From: Mobula hypostoma | Taxonomy: Eukaryota | Assembly: GCF_963921235.1 (NCBI RefSeq) | Contig: NC_086117.1 | Coordinates: 27,404,001 to 27,468,000 of the forward strand | Direction: 5' to 3' | DNA: 64,000 nucleotides | Shown: in pieces, positions 52,089-64,000 of the stretch | Layout of the letters: each line of letters opens with the position of its first letter | How positions within the stretch are numbered: position 1 is the stretch's first letter | Program-made: the position numbers and the translations under genes | The notes under the pieces: model-generated | Told to the model about the DNA's origin: nothing | Database searches by the model: none | What the model saw: the letters and a program-made list of their open reading frames with translations, nothing else

Positions 52089-52689
52089 CTGAAAGGTAAA
52101 AAGCACAAGCCCGGTTCAGTTCAGGACGTTCTACTGGCCGTGAGCTCTGCACGCGGTCTGACGCCAAGTGTTCCGTCACCACTCCTGCCGTCCCAGGGCG
52201 GAGGAGAACTGTTGGACGGGAAACTTGTACTCGCCACAGTCTGAGCATTCCAGTCAAACTGTGCTAACCCTCTTCGGAGGGTTTGATAGAGGGGGTGCTA
52301 AATATACCACATGGGGTCACTGAGCAGCAGAATTCTAATAAAGAAAAATCCCATTACGTGGGCACGACCCTGGCATTGAGCAATCATGAACTGGATACCA
52401 GCTTTTCCATAGTAAAAGTTGCCCTTAAAATATTAGATGTTCAATTTTCTCTTAAACTTCCATATAAAATACAAATGATCTCAATTTGAGTTGTGGAAAC
52501 TTGGAGAAAAACGGAGAGCGTTTGTGGCTTCTGACCTCTTGGACTCGGTCTGAGGGTCTCCTCATGTTCCTGTGCAGGGACAGAGGGTCTTCCTGCTGTT
52601 GCAGTTTAATAGATTCAAGGGGCTACATGGCTTCCCCTTGCCACTTCCGACACTTGGGAGCACGGGGAGCAGCTGTCCCTCTGACCTAC

Positions 52690-52881
52690 CCCAGATCTGT
52701 GCAGTCAAACGGTGTGATCACGTTGGCGCCGCTTTCTCCGCTGGAAGTCAGGCGCCCCGCCTCCCGTGCCTCCCTGTCGGGGTCCACCAGTGACCGGGGC
52801 ATGATGTAGAGCTCCGTGGAGTGGTCAAACCTCCCGCGTACCCGCACCCGCCGGTACTCCAGCTTCTTCACTTCCAGTCCG
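52690..52881 (-). CDS. SURF1: SURF1 exon 5
   Basis: [34 protein letters not shown]...[14 protein letters not shown]; 192 nt. Confidence 0.97.
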
Positions 52882-53571
52882 CTGCGGGGCACAACGCACA
52901 ACGGTGAGAGCTCGTGTAACCACGGAAACAGCACTAATAAAATAAGCCGCAATTCTAAACCTGGGACCCAACCAATTACTCATCAGCACAACAGGTCAGT
53001 GCACTCTCTCTGGTCCTTTGGATTTAGAGATATTGAAAGAATAATTAACGTGCGAACTGTTGAAAGTCAAAGTTACTTCAAGGGCAAAGGGTCAGAGTTC
53101 ACCCCTACTCAAGGGCAGGAGATGGCGTTACTCCCTGTCACAACTCAGAATTACTTAGTGGGCAAAGCATCAATCATATTTTGGGGTCGAAGGTTAGTTA
53201 AGTGGAAAGCATAAAGCTACAAACCTGAAATAATAAGAGGTGGTGCCTGAGATAGTCAGTGGGCCCAGCAGCTTCTGGGGAGAACAGAGTTGCCATTTCC
53301 TGGTTTTTCTGACGGAAGGTCATCAACCTGAAATGTTCACTGCTCCTCTCCCCATGGTTGCTGCCTGATCTGCTGAGTATTTCCAACATTTCCTGTTCTC
53401 AATTTCAAAGTCAAGTTTTCCTTTCAGCCAGGGATGGGGAGGAGCAGGGTAAGTGTTACGCCAGGGAAGGGGCAGCATGGGTCAGTGTCACTCTGGGGGT
53501 GAGGGCAGGGCGATGACGGGGGAGGGTTTAGTGTTCTGTCATGGAAGGAGGATGCTGTCCATTTTACTTAC

Positions 53572-53654
53572 TCCACGGGAAGAGGCACGGGGTCCGAGTG
53601 GCTTCTTTCTTTCAGTTCGTCGATGAGCTGCAGCTTCCATTTCCGACGTTGAAC
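53572..53654 (-). CDS. SURF1: SURF1 exon 4
   Basis: VQRRKWKLQLIDELKERSHSDPVPLPV; 83 nt. Confidence 0.96.
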
Positions 53655-54269
53655 CTACGGGAAGGGAAGGGTGAGGGTGAGGGTATCAGAGAGGGACGTG
53701 CAACCCCATGCAGCAAGACAGGGGCTTGGTCGCGCACAGGGAACCGAGTGGAGTGGGGCAGTGACGCTGGGACAATGGAACATCTCAATACCCTTCTCTG
53801 GTTGCCTTCCAGCAGGGGAATGTCAGCAGGAATTAGTCATACTGTTCGACCCAGATCTTCCACCTCCACAGTCATCCTTAATCACAGCTGGCCTCACAGT
53901 CACCGAGACTGCACGCAGAACACCGAACCCCATCCCCATCCCAGACACTTCACAATGACTTCCTGCTCCAGTCTGCTCCCAGGTTCCCACAATAAGCACA
54001 GACTCCTGCCAATCACTGCCGACACCCACCCCAATCCTTGACCCCCTCACAGTAAGAGCTGACTGGCAATTTTTTTTTAAAACATAGTGGGATTCATCAA
54101 TACCTGTGTGTCCTTGCACACAAAACCAAACGTGCAGATGCAGACAGCAATTAAGATCAATGGCAGTGCTTGTAAGAGGATTTGAGTGCAAGAGGAGAGA
54201 CACTTCCTGATGAGGCTGTATACATTTCCTATGCCCTGCCCCAGAAGGGCTCCATTTGTGATCGAGCAG

Positions 54270-54910
54270 GGGATCGCAACCTGGGGTTTTCACAGCAGGA
54301 GGTGAAAAAGGCGAATGGTATGCTGGCATTTATAGCAAGAGGATTCAAGTACAGGAGCAGGGAGGTTCTACTGCAGTTGTACAATGCCTTGGTGAGACCA
54401 CACCTGGAGTACTGTGTGCAGTTTTGGTCCCCTAATCTCAGGAAAGACATTCTTGCCATAGAGGGAGTACAAAGAAGGTTCACCAGATTGATTCCTGAGA
54501 TGGCAGAACTTTCCTATGACGAAAGACTAGATCAACTAGGCTTATACTCGCTGGAATTTAGAAGATTGAGGGGGGATCCAATTCGAAAGGGATTGGACAG
54601 GCTAGATGCAGGAAGATTGTTCCTGATGTTGGGAAAGTCCAGAATGAGGGGTCACAGTTTAAGGATAAAGGGGAAGCCTTTTAGGACTGAGATGAGGAAA
54701 AACTTCTTCACACAGAGAGTGGTGAATCTGTGGAATTCTCTGCTACAGGAAATAGTTGAGGTCAGTTCATTGGCTATATTTAAGAGGGAGTTAGATATGG
54801 CCCTTGTGGCTAAAGGGATCAGGGGGTATGGAGAGAAGGCAGGTACAGGGTTCTGAGTTGGATGATCAGCCAAATGGCCTACTCCTGCACCTATTTTCTA
54901 TGTTTCTATG
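54270..54910 (+). mobile_element. 5'-truncated CR1
   Basis: KKANGMLAFIARG...RPHLEYCVQFWSP...; ttctatgt tail. Confidence 0.9.
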
Positions 54911-55714
54911 ACCCCTTGCTGAATGGTATTGGTCCAAGGCATAAAAACAGTTGGGAACACCTGACAGAGGGAGGGAAGTTAAGATTCACTGGACTGATTC
55001 CTGAGATGGCGACGGAGTAGTGAGCAGGTCCAGGCCTGCACTCTCTGGAGTTTAGGAGAATCTCAGAGATGATGCTGTTGAAACGTGCAAAATTACTGTG
55101 GGGCCTGACGGGGAGGATGTTCCCCTGGTACCGAGTTCCCAAGTACCTGGTCTCAACTGGGAGAAGATTTTTCTTCATCCAGAAGATGGTGAGTTAGTGG
55201 AGCTCTCTAACCGAGAGGGCTGCGGGAGTGCAATCACTGAGAATGATCAAGGTAGAGGTTGACAGATTTTTAAATTTTAAGAGAAACAAGGACTAAGAGT
55301 GCCGAGCAGTGGTAAAAGATAAGCTATGCTCCACAGGATGAGTGTGAAGGGCCAGAGCAGAGAATGGGAGCCATTCTAGGGCAGGAGGGTCAGGGGAAGC
55401 AGTGTGGGTGTTAATGTCCCTGACTGGTGAGGAGAAAGGGTCGGGAGCTCCTCCTGATGAGGGGCCCGAGATCTGATACATTAACCTCCTCTTTCCACAG
55501 AGGCTGCCTGAGCTGCTGAGAGTTTCCAGGTTACTTCAGGTTTCCAGCATCTGCAGTTGTTCGACTTTTGTCAGCCATGATCTGATTACACGGTGGAGCA
55601 AGGCTCCTGCCTCTATTTCTCATGTTTTCTGACCCGCCACCTCAGCACTGCCACCAGCCCAAACCCAGTGTCCCTGGAACCATCCCACAGTAACAGCAGA
55701 AACCTCCCTCAGCT

Positions 55715-56420
55715 CCATTCAGGGCCCCAAACAGTCCCTCCAGGTGAGGCAGCGCATCACCTGCAAATCTGTCGGGGTCGTCTATGGCGTCTCACGCTCC
55801 CGATGAGGCCCCTCCTCACCGGTGAGACCCCTTGCAAGTTGTGGGACCACTCGATCGAGCAGCTCCGCTCCATCTGCCAAAAGCAGAACTTCCCATTCCC
55901 ATTCTGACGTGTTGGTCCATGGCCTCCTCTCGTGCCATGATGAGGCCACGCTCAGGGTGGAGGAGCAACACCTTATATTCCGCCTGGGTAGCCTCCAACC
56001 TGATGGCACGAGTATCGGTTTCTTCTTTTGGTAAAAAAAAATTCCCTCCCCCTCCCTTCTTCATTTTTCCACTCTGGACTTTTTACCCTTTCTCACCCGC
56101 CTATCACCTCCCCCTGGGTCCCCTCCTCCTTCTCTTTCTCCTACGGTCCACTCTCCTCTCCTATCAGACTCCTTCCTCTCCAGCCCTTTACCTTTCCCAC
56201 CCACCTGACTACACCTTTCACCTTCCAGCTAGCCTCCTTCCCCACCCCCCTCCTTTTTATTCTGGTATCTTTTCCTTCCTTTCCTGTCCTAATGAAGGGC
56301 CTCGGCCTGAAACGTTGACTGTTTATTCATTTCCATGGACGCTGCCTGACCTGCTGAGCTCCTCCAGCATTTTGTGTGTGTTGCTTTGGATTTCCAGCGT
56401 CTGCAGAATCTCTCGTGTTT
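55715..56420 (+). mobile_element. Penelope-like element 3' end
   Basis: GVVYG...TGET...RVEEQHLIFRLGSLQPDG and a pLTR with a mutated hammerhead core. Confidence 0.85.
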
Positions 56421-56558
56421 ATGAGAAACTCCACCTGATTCCTGACCCCCGCCCCAACAGCTGCTGAAACTCAGCCTAAACCACAAAGAGTTTCCCTTAA
56501 CCCCCGCCCCTTGTACACCTGGCCCAGACCGTGAGCGTACACCAAGCTGCTGTGATAC

Positions 56559-56686
56559 CTGCCAGGTTCCAAGACCAAAGGTGGCAACCGGGATCAGAAG
56601 CAGGGTCCACTTCAGGAAGGAATCCTCCGTGCCCTCGGAAATGGTTTCCGTGGAGCTGTGTGCCACATGATGCCTCACGACAGTCC
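56559..56686 (-). CDS. SURF1: SURF1 exon 3 (TM1)
   Basis: ...EDSFLKWTLLLIPVATFGLGTWQ. Confidence 0.96.
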
Positions 56687-57632
56687 CTGAATGATAAACA
56701 CAGTCCAGGGTAAAAGCAGTGTCTGGGAACTGAGCTTCAACAGCTCCAAAACTGAACAGGTCTTCCCAAGATGAAGGGCTCTACGGAAAGGAGTCATGTG
56801 CTTGGGATAACGGTTGATCGACTGAAACACACTACAATGCAGGAGCCCATTCGGCCTATAGAGTTTATGTCAGCCCCCCCACCAGTCTCATTTACCCACT
56901 TTCTTTCCCCTGCAGTAGATTTTCTCTCACATGCCCATCAACGCCCCAACACTCTTATCATTTACTTTGGCTGTGAGTTCTCCCTAACCTATTTCCCTTC
57001 CAGTATGAACACGTTTGGGAGTCGAGAACCCAGAGCAGCCTGGGAAAAGCCATACTGTCACACGAAGAGCATGCAACTGCACGGAGACCGCACTCGGGGT
57101 CAGGGTCACGGGCGGGGCTCCTGGAGCGGTGGGGCAGCAGCACTACCCGCTGTGCCACCCCATCGAAGGGACGCAGAGCAACGTCCCTCCGGGAGGCTGG
57201 TGACTGATAGGAACTCATTGAATCTCTGTGGTGGTGCCGGGCTCTGGGGGAAAGTGGAGCTGAAGTCAGTGACCGGGGGAGCTTGGCGAATGGTCAGGCT
57301 GGCTCAAGAGACCACAGAGCTGACTTCTGCCTCTACTTCTTGATGTACCCTCCTCATCCCCATTCAGATCCACCCCCCCCACCCCCTCCCCATCTCCCAC
57401 CTCCAGCCTCACAGCCCGTGGAGATTCTGAAAAGTTTTAGTCGCTGCATTCTGCTGTTATTTACCTACGCCCAAAGCCCTGGAGTTACCTCCCTAAATCC
57501 CTTCACTTTAAGATTCCACTTAAACACGGTGTCTGCACTAACATTTGGTCATCTTTCCTAACTCCTCTGCACTATGTTAGAAGCAACACGTTACAAGACT
57601 CCTCCTTGCTTGGATGTATGGTGCTTGCTTAC

Positions 57633-57696
57633 CTTTCGCCTTCCCCCTAGCAAAGTGGCCATTACTGATGGCTTCTGCTGAGCGATTCTTCAGTAC
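57633..57696 (-). CDS. SURF1: SURF1 exon 2
   Basis: Strong T-rich acceptor ...ttccacag and gtaagc donor; VLKNRSAEAISNGHFARGKAK; phase 0/1 links exons 1 and 3. Confidence 0.8.
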
Positions 57697-57934
57697 CTGT
57701 GGAATAAAAAAAAAAGAACTGAAGAAAGCCTGAGACCAGTACCTTTGCTCAACTCTCCATCCTCACGCTCATGGTCGGTAAGACCAAAGGACTGGTTGAG
57801 GACTTCAGAAAGGGTAAGGCGAGGGAACACCCGGACCGAGTGAGCAATTTCAAGTTCCTGGATGCCAACATCTCTGAGAATCTAACCTGAACCCAACATA
57901 TCGATGAAACTATAAAGAAGCTAAGACAGTGGCT

Positions 57935-58730
57935 ATAACATGGAAAATGAAATACAATGTTGGAAAATGCATGCTCATGCACTTTGGTAGAAGAAATAAA
58001 TGTGCGGACTATTTTCTAAACGGGGAGAAAATCCAGGAATCTGAGATGCAGAGGGACTTGGGACTACTTGTGCAGAACACCCCAAAGGTTAACTTGCAGG
58101 ATGAGTCAGTGGTGAGGAAGGCAAATGCCAGGTTAGCATTCATTTCAAGAGGTCTAGAATACAAGAGCAGGGATGTGATGCTGAGGCTTTATAAGGCACT
58201 GGTGAGGCCTCACCTTGAGTATTGTGAACAGATTTGGGCCCCTCATCTTAGAAAAGATGTGCTGGCATTGGAGAGGGTGCAGAGGAGGTTCACAAGGATG
58301 ATTCCAGGAATGAAAGGGTTATCATACGAGGAACATTTGATGGCTCTGGGTCTGTACTCGCTGTAAGTTAGAAGGAAGAGGGGCGATCTCATTGAAACCT
58401 TTCAAATGTTGAAAGGCCTAGACAGAGTAGATGTGGAAAGGATGTTGGGGAGGTCTAGGACAGCCTCAGGATAGAGGGGATCCATCTAAAACAGATGTGG
58501 AGGAATTTCTTTAGCCAGAGGGTGGTAAATTTGTGGAATTTGTAACTAGAAGGCTGCTGTGGGTGTATTTAAGGCAGAGATTGATTGGTTCTTGATTGGA
58601 CATGGCACCAAAGGTTACGGAGAAAACGCCGGGGAGTGGGGCTGAGGAGGGGAGAAAAGTATCAGCCATGATTGAATGGTGGAGCAGGCTCGATGGGCCT
58701 GATGGCCCAATTCTGCTCCTATGTCTTATG
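57935..58730 (+). mobile_element. 5'-truncated CR1 inside a Rex1/L2-like fragment (57770-59250)
   Basis: WKMKYNVGKC...RPHLEYCEQIWAP; the flanks continue one Rex1-like sequence. Confidence 0.85.
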
Positions 58731-59914
58731 TACTGTGGACAACATTCTGACTGGTTGCATCACCATCTGGTATTCGGGGGGCTGGGTGGAGGGCTACTGC
58801 ACAGGATCAAAATAAGCTGCAGAGAGTTGTAAACTTAGTCAGCTCCATCATGGGTACTAGCCTTTGTAGTATCCAGGACAAGGACATCTTCAAGGAGCGA
58901 TGCCTCAAAAAGGTGGCATCCAACATTAAGGACCCCCATCACCCAGGACATGCCCTCTTCTCATTGCTACCATCGGGAAGGAGGTACAGGAGCCTGAAGG
59001 CTCACACTCAGTGATTCAGGAACAGCTTCTGCCCTCTGCCACCTAATTTCTGAATGGACATTGAACTCATAAACATCATCCAACTACTTTTTTTTGTTTT
59101 TTTTGCACTACTTATTTAATTTTACTATATAATATACATTCATTCACACTGTAATTCAGGTTTTTTTTCTCTATTATGTATTGCATTGTACTGCTCCCAC
59201 AAGTTAACAAATTTCACAACATGCGCTGGCCCTGGTGATATTAAGTCTATCCTGATCCTTTCCTCTCATACTGATTCCACGTGCTCGAGTCTGGAAAGAG
59301 GCCATTCAGCCCATCATCGTGGTGTGTCTCTTTGAAAACCTGCAGGACATGAAGTGGTTCAAGTGGTAGAGTTGTTGTGTCACACCTCCAGTCCCCCTGG
59401 GTTTCAACCCTGACCTCCTGTGCATCTTGTCACTGTGACTGGACGGGACCCCCTCCCCCCAGCTGTTCAGCTCTCCTCTCAATCCTTGCTTGACATAAAC
59501 TGTCCTTAGTGGGCGGGTGAGAGTTGGGGTCTGGGTGGGTTGATGGGAACGTGGGAGAATAAACGTGTGGTTGTTGATCAGGGCAACTCAGAGGGCCTGG
59601 GGTTTCTATTTCCACACTGTGTTTCTCCATAGCTACTTACGGCACCAAAAATGTCACATTGGGAAGCTTGGAAAGCTAATCACGTTCTCCCAATGAGAAC
59701 CTTTCACCAAACCTGGAGGAATACAGTGACAACCCCAATGACACAGCTGAGCCCTGATGGTACACAGTGACGGATCTGTCCGCAACAAGTCTAGTCTAGT
59801 GGCATGCAGTGACAGACAAGTATCTACCAGAGCTGCATCCATGCTGTGAAACGTCATCAAGGCTGTACCCCTGTGACATACAGAATCAAATGTGTATCCA
59901 TCCCTGCGACCCCT

Positions 59915-60465
59915 CATATTGACTGGTATGGGAGCACCTATGCCCTGAAACTGAAAGTCCTATAAAAAGTAGTGGCTACGGCCCAGTCCATCACAGGTAA
60001 AGCCCACCCTACCACTGAGCACATCTACACGGAGCGCTGTCGTAGGAAAGCAGCATCTATCACCGGGGACCTCCACCACCCTGGTCATGCTCTCTTCTCT
60101 CTGCTGCCATCAGGACGAAGGTACAAGACCCCACACCTCCAAGTTCAGGCACAGTTATTTCCCTTCAACGATCAGGCTCTTGAAGCAAAGGAGATAACTT
60201 CACTCACCCCATCACTGAACTGTTCCCACAACCTATGGACTCACTTTCAAGGACTCTTCAGCTCATATTTGCGATACTTATTGCTTATTTTTTGTATTTG
60301 CAGTTTGTTGCCTTTTGCACACTGTTTGTCTGTCCTATTGGGTGTGGTCTTCCATTGATTTATTATGGTTATTGGATCTATTGAGTATGCCTGCATGCAA
60401 ATGAATCTCGGGCTTGTATATGGTGACATATGTACTTTGATAACAAATTTACGCTGAATTTTCAT
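59915..60465 (+). mobile_element. Rex1/L2-like LINE 3' end
   Basis: TAQSITG...RCRRKAASITGDLHHPGHALFSLLPSGRRY. Confidence 0.8.
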
Positions 60466-61380
60466 ATAAATTTGCTGATGACACAAAAGTTGGAGGTGTT
60501 GTGGATAGTGTGGAGGGCTGTCAGAGGTTACAGCGGGACATTGATAGGATGCAAAACTGGGCTGAGAAGTGGCAGATGGAGTTCAACCCAGATAAGTGTG
60601 AAGTGGTTCATTCTGGTAGGTCAAATATGATGGCAGAATATAGTATTAATGGTAAGACTTTTGGCAGTGTGGAGGATTAGAGGGATCTTGGGGTTCGAGT
60701 CCATAGGACACTCAAAGCTGCTGCACAGGTTGACTCTGTGGTTAAGAAGGCGTACGGTGTATTGGCCTTCATCAATCGTGGGATTGAGTTTCGGAGCCAA
60801 GAGGTAACGTTGTAGCTATATAGGACCTTGATCAGACCCCACTTGGAGTACTGTGCTCAGTTCTGGTCGCCTCACTACAGGAAGGATGTGGAAACCATAG
60901 AAAGGGTGCAGAGGAGATTTACAAGGATGTTGCCTGGATTGGGGAGCATGCCTATGAGAATAGGCTGAGTGAACTCGGCCTTTTCTTCTTGGAGCGATGG
61001 AGGATGAGAGGTGACCTGGCAGAGGTGTATAAGATGATGAGAGGCATTGATCGTGTGAATAGTCAGAGGCTTTCTCCCAGGGCTGAAATGGCTGGCACGA
61101 AAAGGCACAGTTTTAAGGTGCTTGTGAGTAGGTACAGAGGAGATGTCAGGGTTAAGTTTTTTTACACAGGGAGTGGTGAGTGCGTGGAATGGGCTGCCAG
61201 CATCGGTGGTGGAGGTGGATACGATAGGGTCTCTTAAAGAGACTCCTGTATAGGTACATAGAGCTTAGAAAAATAAGGGCTAAGGGCAACCCGAGGTAAT
61301 TTCTAAGGTAAGGACATGTTCGGCACAGCTTTGTGGGCCGAAGGGCCTGTATTGTGCTGTAGGTTTTCTATGTTTCTATG
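60466..61380 (+). mobile_element. 5'-truncated CR1, same family as 14840-15765
   Basis: High identity to the 3' part of the long CR1; ttctatgt tail. Confidence 0.9.
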
Positions 61381-62041
61381 TAAGTATTAGTAAAATGCAG
61401 GAGGCTGGGAAGAATGGATTTCACCTGGGGAATTTAATAAAGTGAACTCTTGCACTGTGAAAGCAGCTTTACACCAGGCAGTGAACAGTTCAGCTCTGTG
61501 TAGGAGAGGATGCCCGACATAGTGGTCACTGTGTACGTGAATGAAGTATGTTAGGCGTTTCAGTGAGATACAGAACATACCTACCTACTTTGTACATGCT
61601 ATCACTGCAGTGATGCAGAACGCACATAGGAGTTTTTGGTTCAAATGAGTAAATTATAAACAGATGTAGAATGGGGAGCCAGGCTCCACCATCTGAGGAA
61701 CCATGACAGGCCTGGACAAAGAATACTCGGTGTTACTAACAACACACACACAAAAGTTGCTGGTGAACGCAGCAGGCCAGGCAGTATCTATAGGAAGGGG
61801 TACAGTCGACGTTTCGGGCCGGGACCCTTCGTGTGGCGGAGTGGATGAAGAGTTTATTAACCAGCACTGGGTGTAACTGGGGCGACAGGTAATGAGAGCC
61901 CCTGGGGACAGTGAGTGAAATATTCAACGCCGGCAACAGTCACACTGCGCAGCGAGGAAGACCTCGATGATGGGCGGCAGGCAGCTCGCAACCCGAGGTT
62001 CCCCACCCTCACCCCCAGACACAGGACAGGACAGGACTCAC

Positions 62042-62083
62042 CACGGACCCGAAGAGCCGCGACCTCCGGAGCAGCAGAAACAT
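62042..62083 (-). CDS. SURF1: SURF1 exon 1
   Basis: aggATG, MFLLLRRSRLFGSV|gtgagt within a CpG island; presequence-like; phase 0 fits exon 2. Confidence 0.8.
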
Positions 62084-62300
62084 CCTCTCGAGGAACCGGA
62101 AACACGGCCACGGTTCCGGGTTGCAGCCGCCGACCACGCCGGGAGGAGCTCCGTGTGTGCGGGAGGCAGGGACCGGGACCGGGATCGGGATCGGGAGCGG
62201 GAGCAGCCCGGCCGTCTCCGGAAACAGAAATACTCCGTCTCGGGCAGCGTTCAACAACGCCTACCCCTCTGCCCAGTTTAAATCCCAACCCCGGGGCTCT
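62084..62300 (-). promoter_or_regulatory. SURF1: SURF1 CpG-island promoter
   Basis: CpG-dense ~61940-62300; several CCGGAA ETS-like sites; (GGGNNN)6 tract at 62169-62201. Confidence 0.7.
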
Positions 62301-64000
62301 GTTAACCACGCTTTGTCCATTTTGTAAATTAATGAGCGTCGCAGTCCTGACATTTAAGAAGTTCATCCGGACAGGAGATGCAGCCTGGGGTACATTATTT
62401 TTTAACAAAAGGAGTTGATACCTAACCACGGACAACCAGAGGACGCTCAAATCTCAGATCAGATCCTCTAAAACAGAATGAGTGAATCAGGCACAATGCT
62501 TTCTATTGATCATTGTTCGATTCCCATAGCGATCCAGTGTTCAATGATCAAGTTCAATTGCTTTTTCACATCCCGAAGTGAAACAGAGGGGACTTTGACA
62601 GTTGCAGACAAGGGAAGAGGCAGTTAAGTTACAATTCTAATCACTGTTCCATCACCTCTGCTGGAAGTGGTAATGTGTGCAAGGCCAAAAGCTCGGTGTT
62701 ATTGGCCACACATCAAATACTCGTCTTTGTTTGGGTGAAGTCCCAGCAGGCATTAGATGTCTGTAGGTTAATCAGACATCAAAAAGGAGGGAAAGTAATG
62801 TACGAGAATTCTTTTCCGCTTTCCTAAATATTGCTGGATGGTTAATATACATCCTTCATATTTTCGTGGTCATCTCCCCTTCTCAGTGTGTAGTTTTGAT
62901 TTCCTTTATCCAATGTTAAAGGCATACCTGTCTTAGAGACCTATAGCGAAGGTTCATTGTATTGATTCCTGGGATGAGGAACGGACAGTATTTTCTGAAA
63001 TCTAGTTAAATGAGACATGATCATTTTAAAATATAAAACAAAATGTTAAAGGGCTTGACAGAATAAACTTCTTGGATAGAAAGGATTTTGTACATTCTCC
63101 CTATGACCGCGTGGCTTTCCTCGGGGTGCTCCAGTTTGCACACACATACGGGTTCAGGTTAATCGATCACCCGGGTGTGGCCGGGAAACACAGGCTCATT
63201 GGGCCTGTTGCCGTGCTGCTTCTCCAAGTGAACAAATAAAGTTTTCCACTAAGAGTCAGGTTGTCAGGGGTTAGGGATTAGTCATTTACGGCACATAACA
63301 GGAAATATTTCTTTACTTCAGGTGGTGTAAATTTTTGACTAATATAATGCTCTAAGGGTTAATTAAAACTATAGAATATTGGAGACCCTCAGCAAAACAG
63401 GCCACAGCTATAAAGTGAGAATCAGTTTCAGCAGGTGAAAAGTAACTCACTTTGAACATTTCTTTGTATTGTATATATTGAGATACAATGCAGAACAGGC
63501 CCTCTGTACCTTCAAACTGCGCCACCAGCAACCCCCGATTTAACCCTATCCTAATCACTGGACAATTTACAATGACCAATTAACCTACTAACTGGTACAT
63601 CTTTGGACTGTGGGAGGAAATCAGGGCACCTGGAGGAAACCCACACATGCCGCAGGGAGGACGTACAAACTCCTCACAGAGGGTGTTGGGATTTTTGCTA
63701 TATTTACATTATCAATAATAACTTACAATTAATTCAAGTGTTAATCTTTTTGCAACTGTTGTCAAACCTAATTATACACATGTTTTTATTTGTGAGCCAC
63801 TGGGATTTTCAAGATTCAAGATTCAAGATTCAAAAAACTTTATTGTCATTCTAACCATACATCAGCTCTGCAGGGCAGAATGAGACGGCGTTTCTCAGGG
63901 GCAGTGCAATCATAACATAACAAATGCAACACTAAATAATAAACATAACAATAAATAGTAAAACACAACAGCCACATGTCAGTTAAAATCAGTTTAAGTG

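Noticed and set aside
61857-62450. Long ORFs in the SURF1 CpG island as a possible SURF2 start
   Set aside because: No SURF2-like sequence; stop-poor GC-rich DNA.

Overview
Vertebrate genomic DNA, most likely a cartilaginous fish (ray or shark; inferred from the CR1, Penelope, V-SINE and Tc1 repeat landscape), covering part of the Surfeit locus. Four complete spliced genes can be rebuilt with GT-AG junctions and consistent phases: MED22/SURF5 (-, 140 aa), DNLZ/Zim17 (-, 173 aa), RPL7A/SURF3 (+, 266 aa, hosting one U24 and three U36 box C/D snoRNAs) and SURF1 (-, 297 aa). DNLZ lies between MED22 and RPL7A, which are head-to-head neighbours in mammals, and no SURF2 is seen beside the SURF1 promoter. 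The rest is mostly transposable elements plus a 2.5-kb minisatellite. The most striking signal is a ~555-bp non-coding RTE-type retroelement (36692-37244, with a second young copy and an older relative in the window). Its 5' end folds into a complete HDV-like self-cleaving ribozyme with an unusual extra hairpin in L3. Penelope-derived repeats also carry minimal hammerhead-ribozyme motifs. All calls were made by reading the sequence; no database search or folding program was run, and repeat boundaries are approximate.
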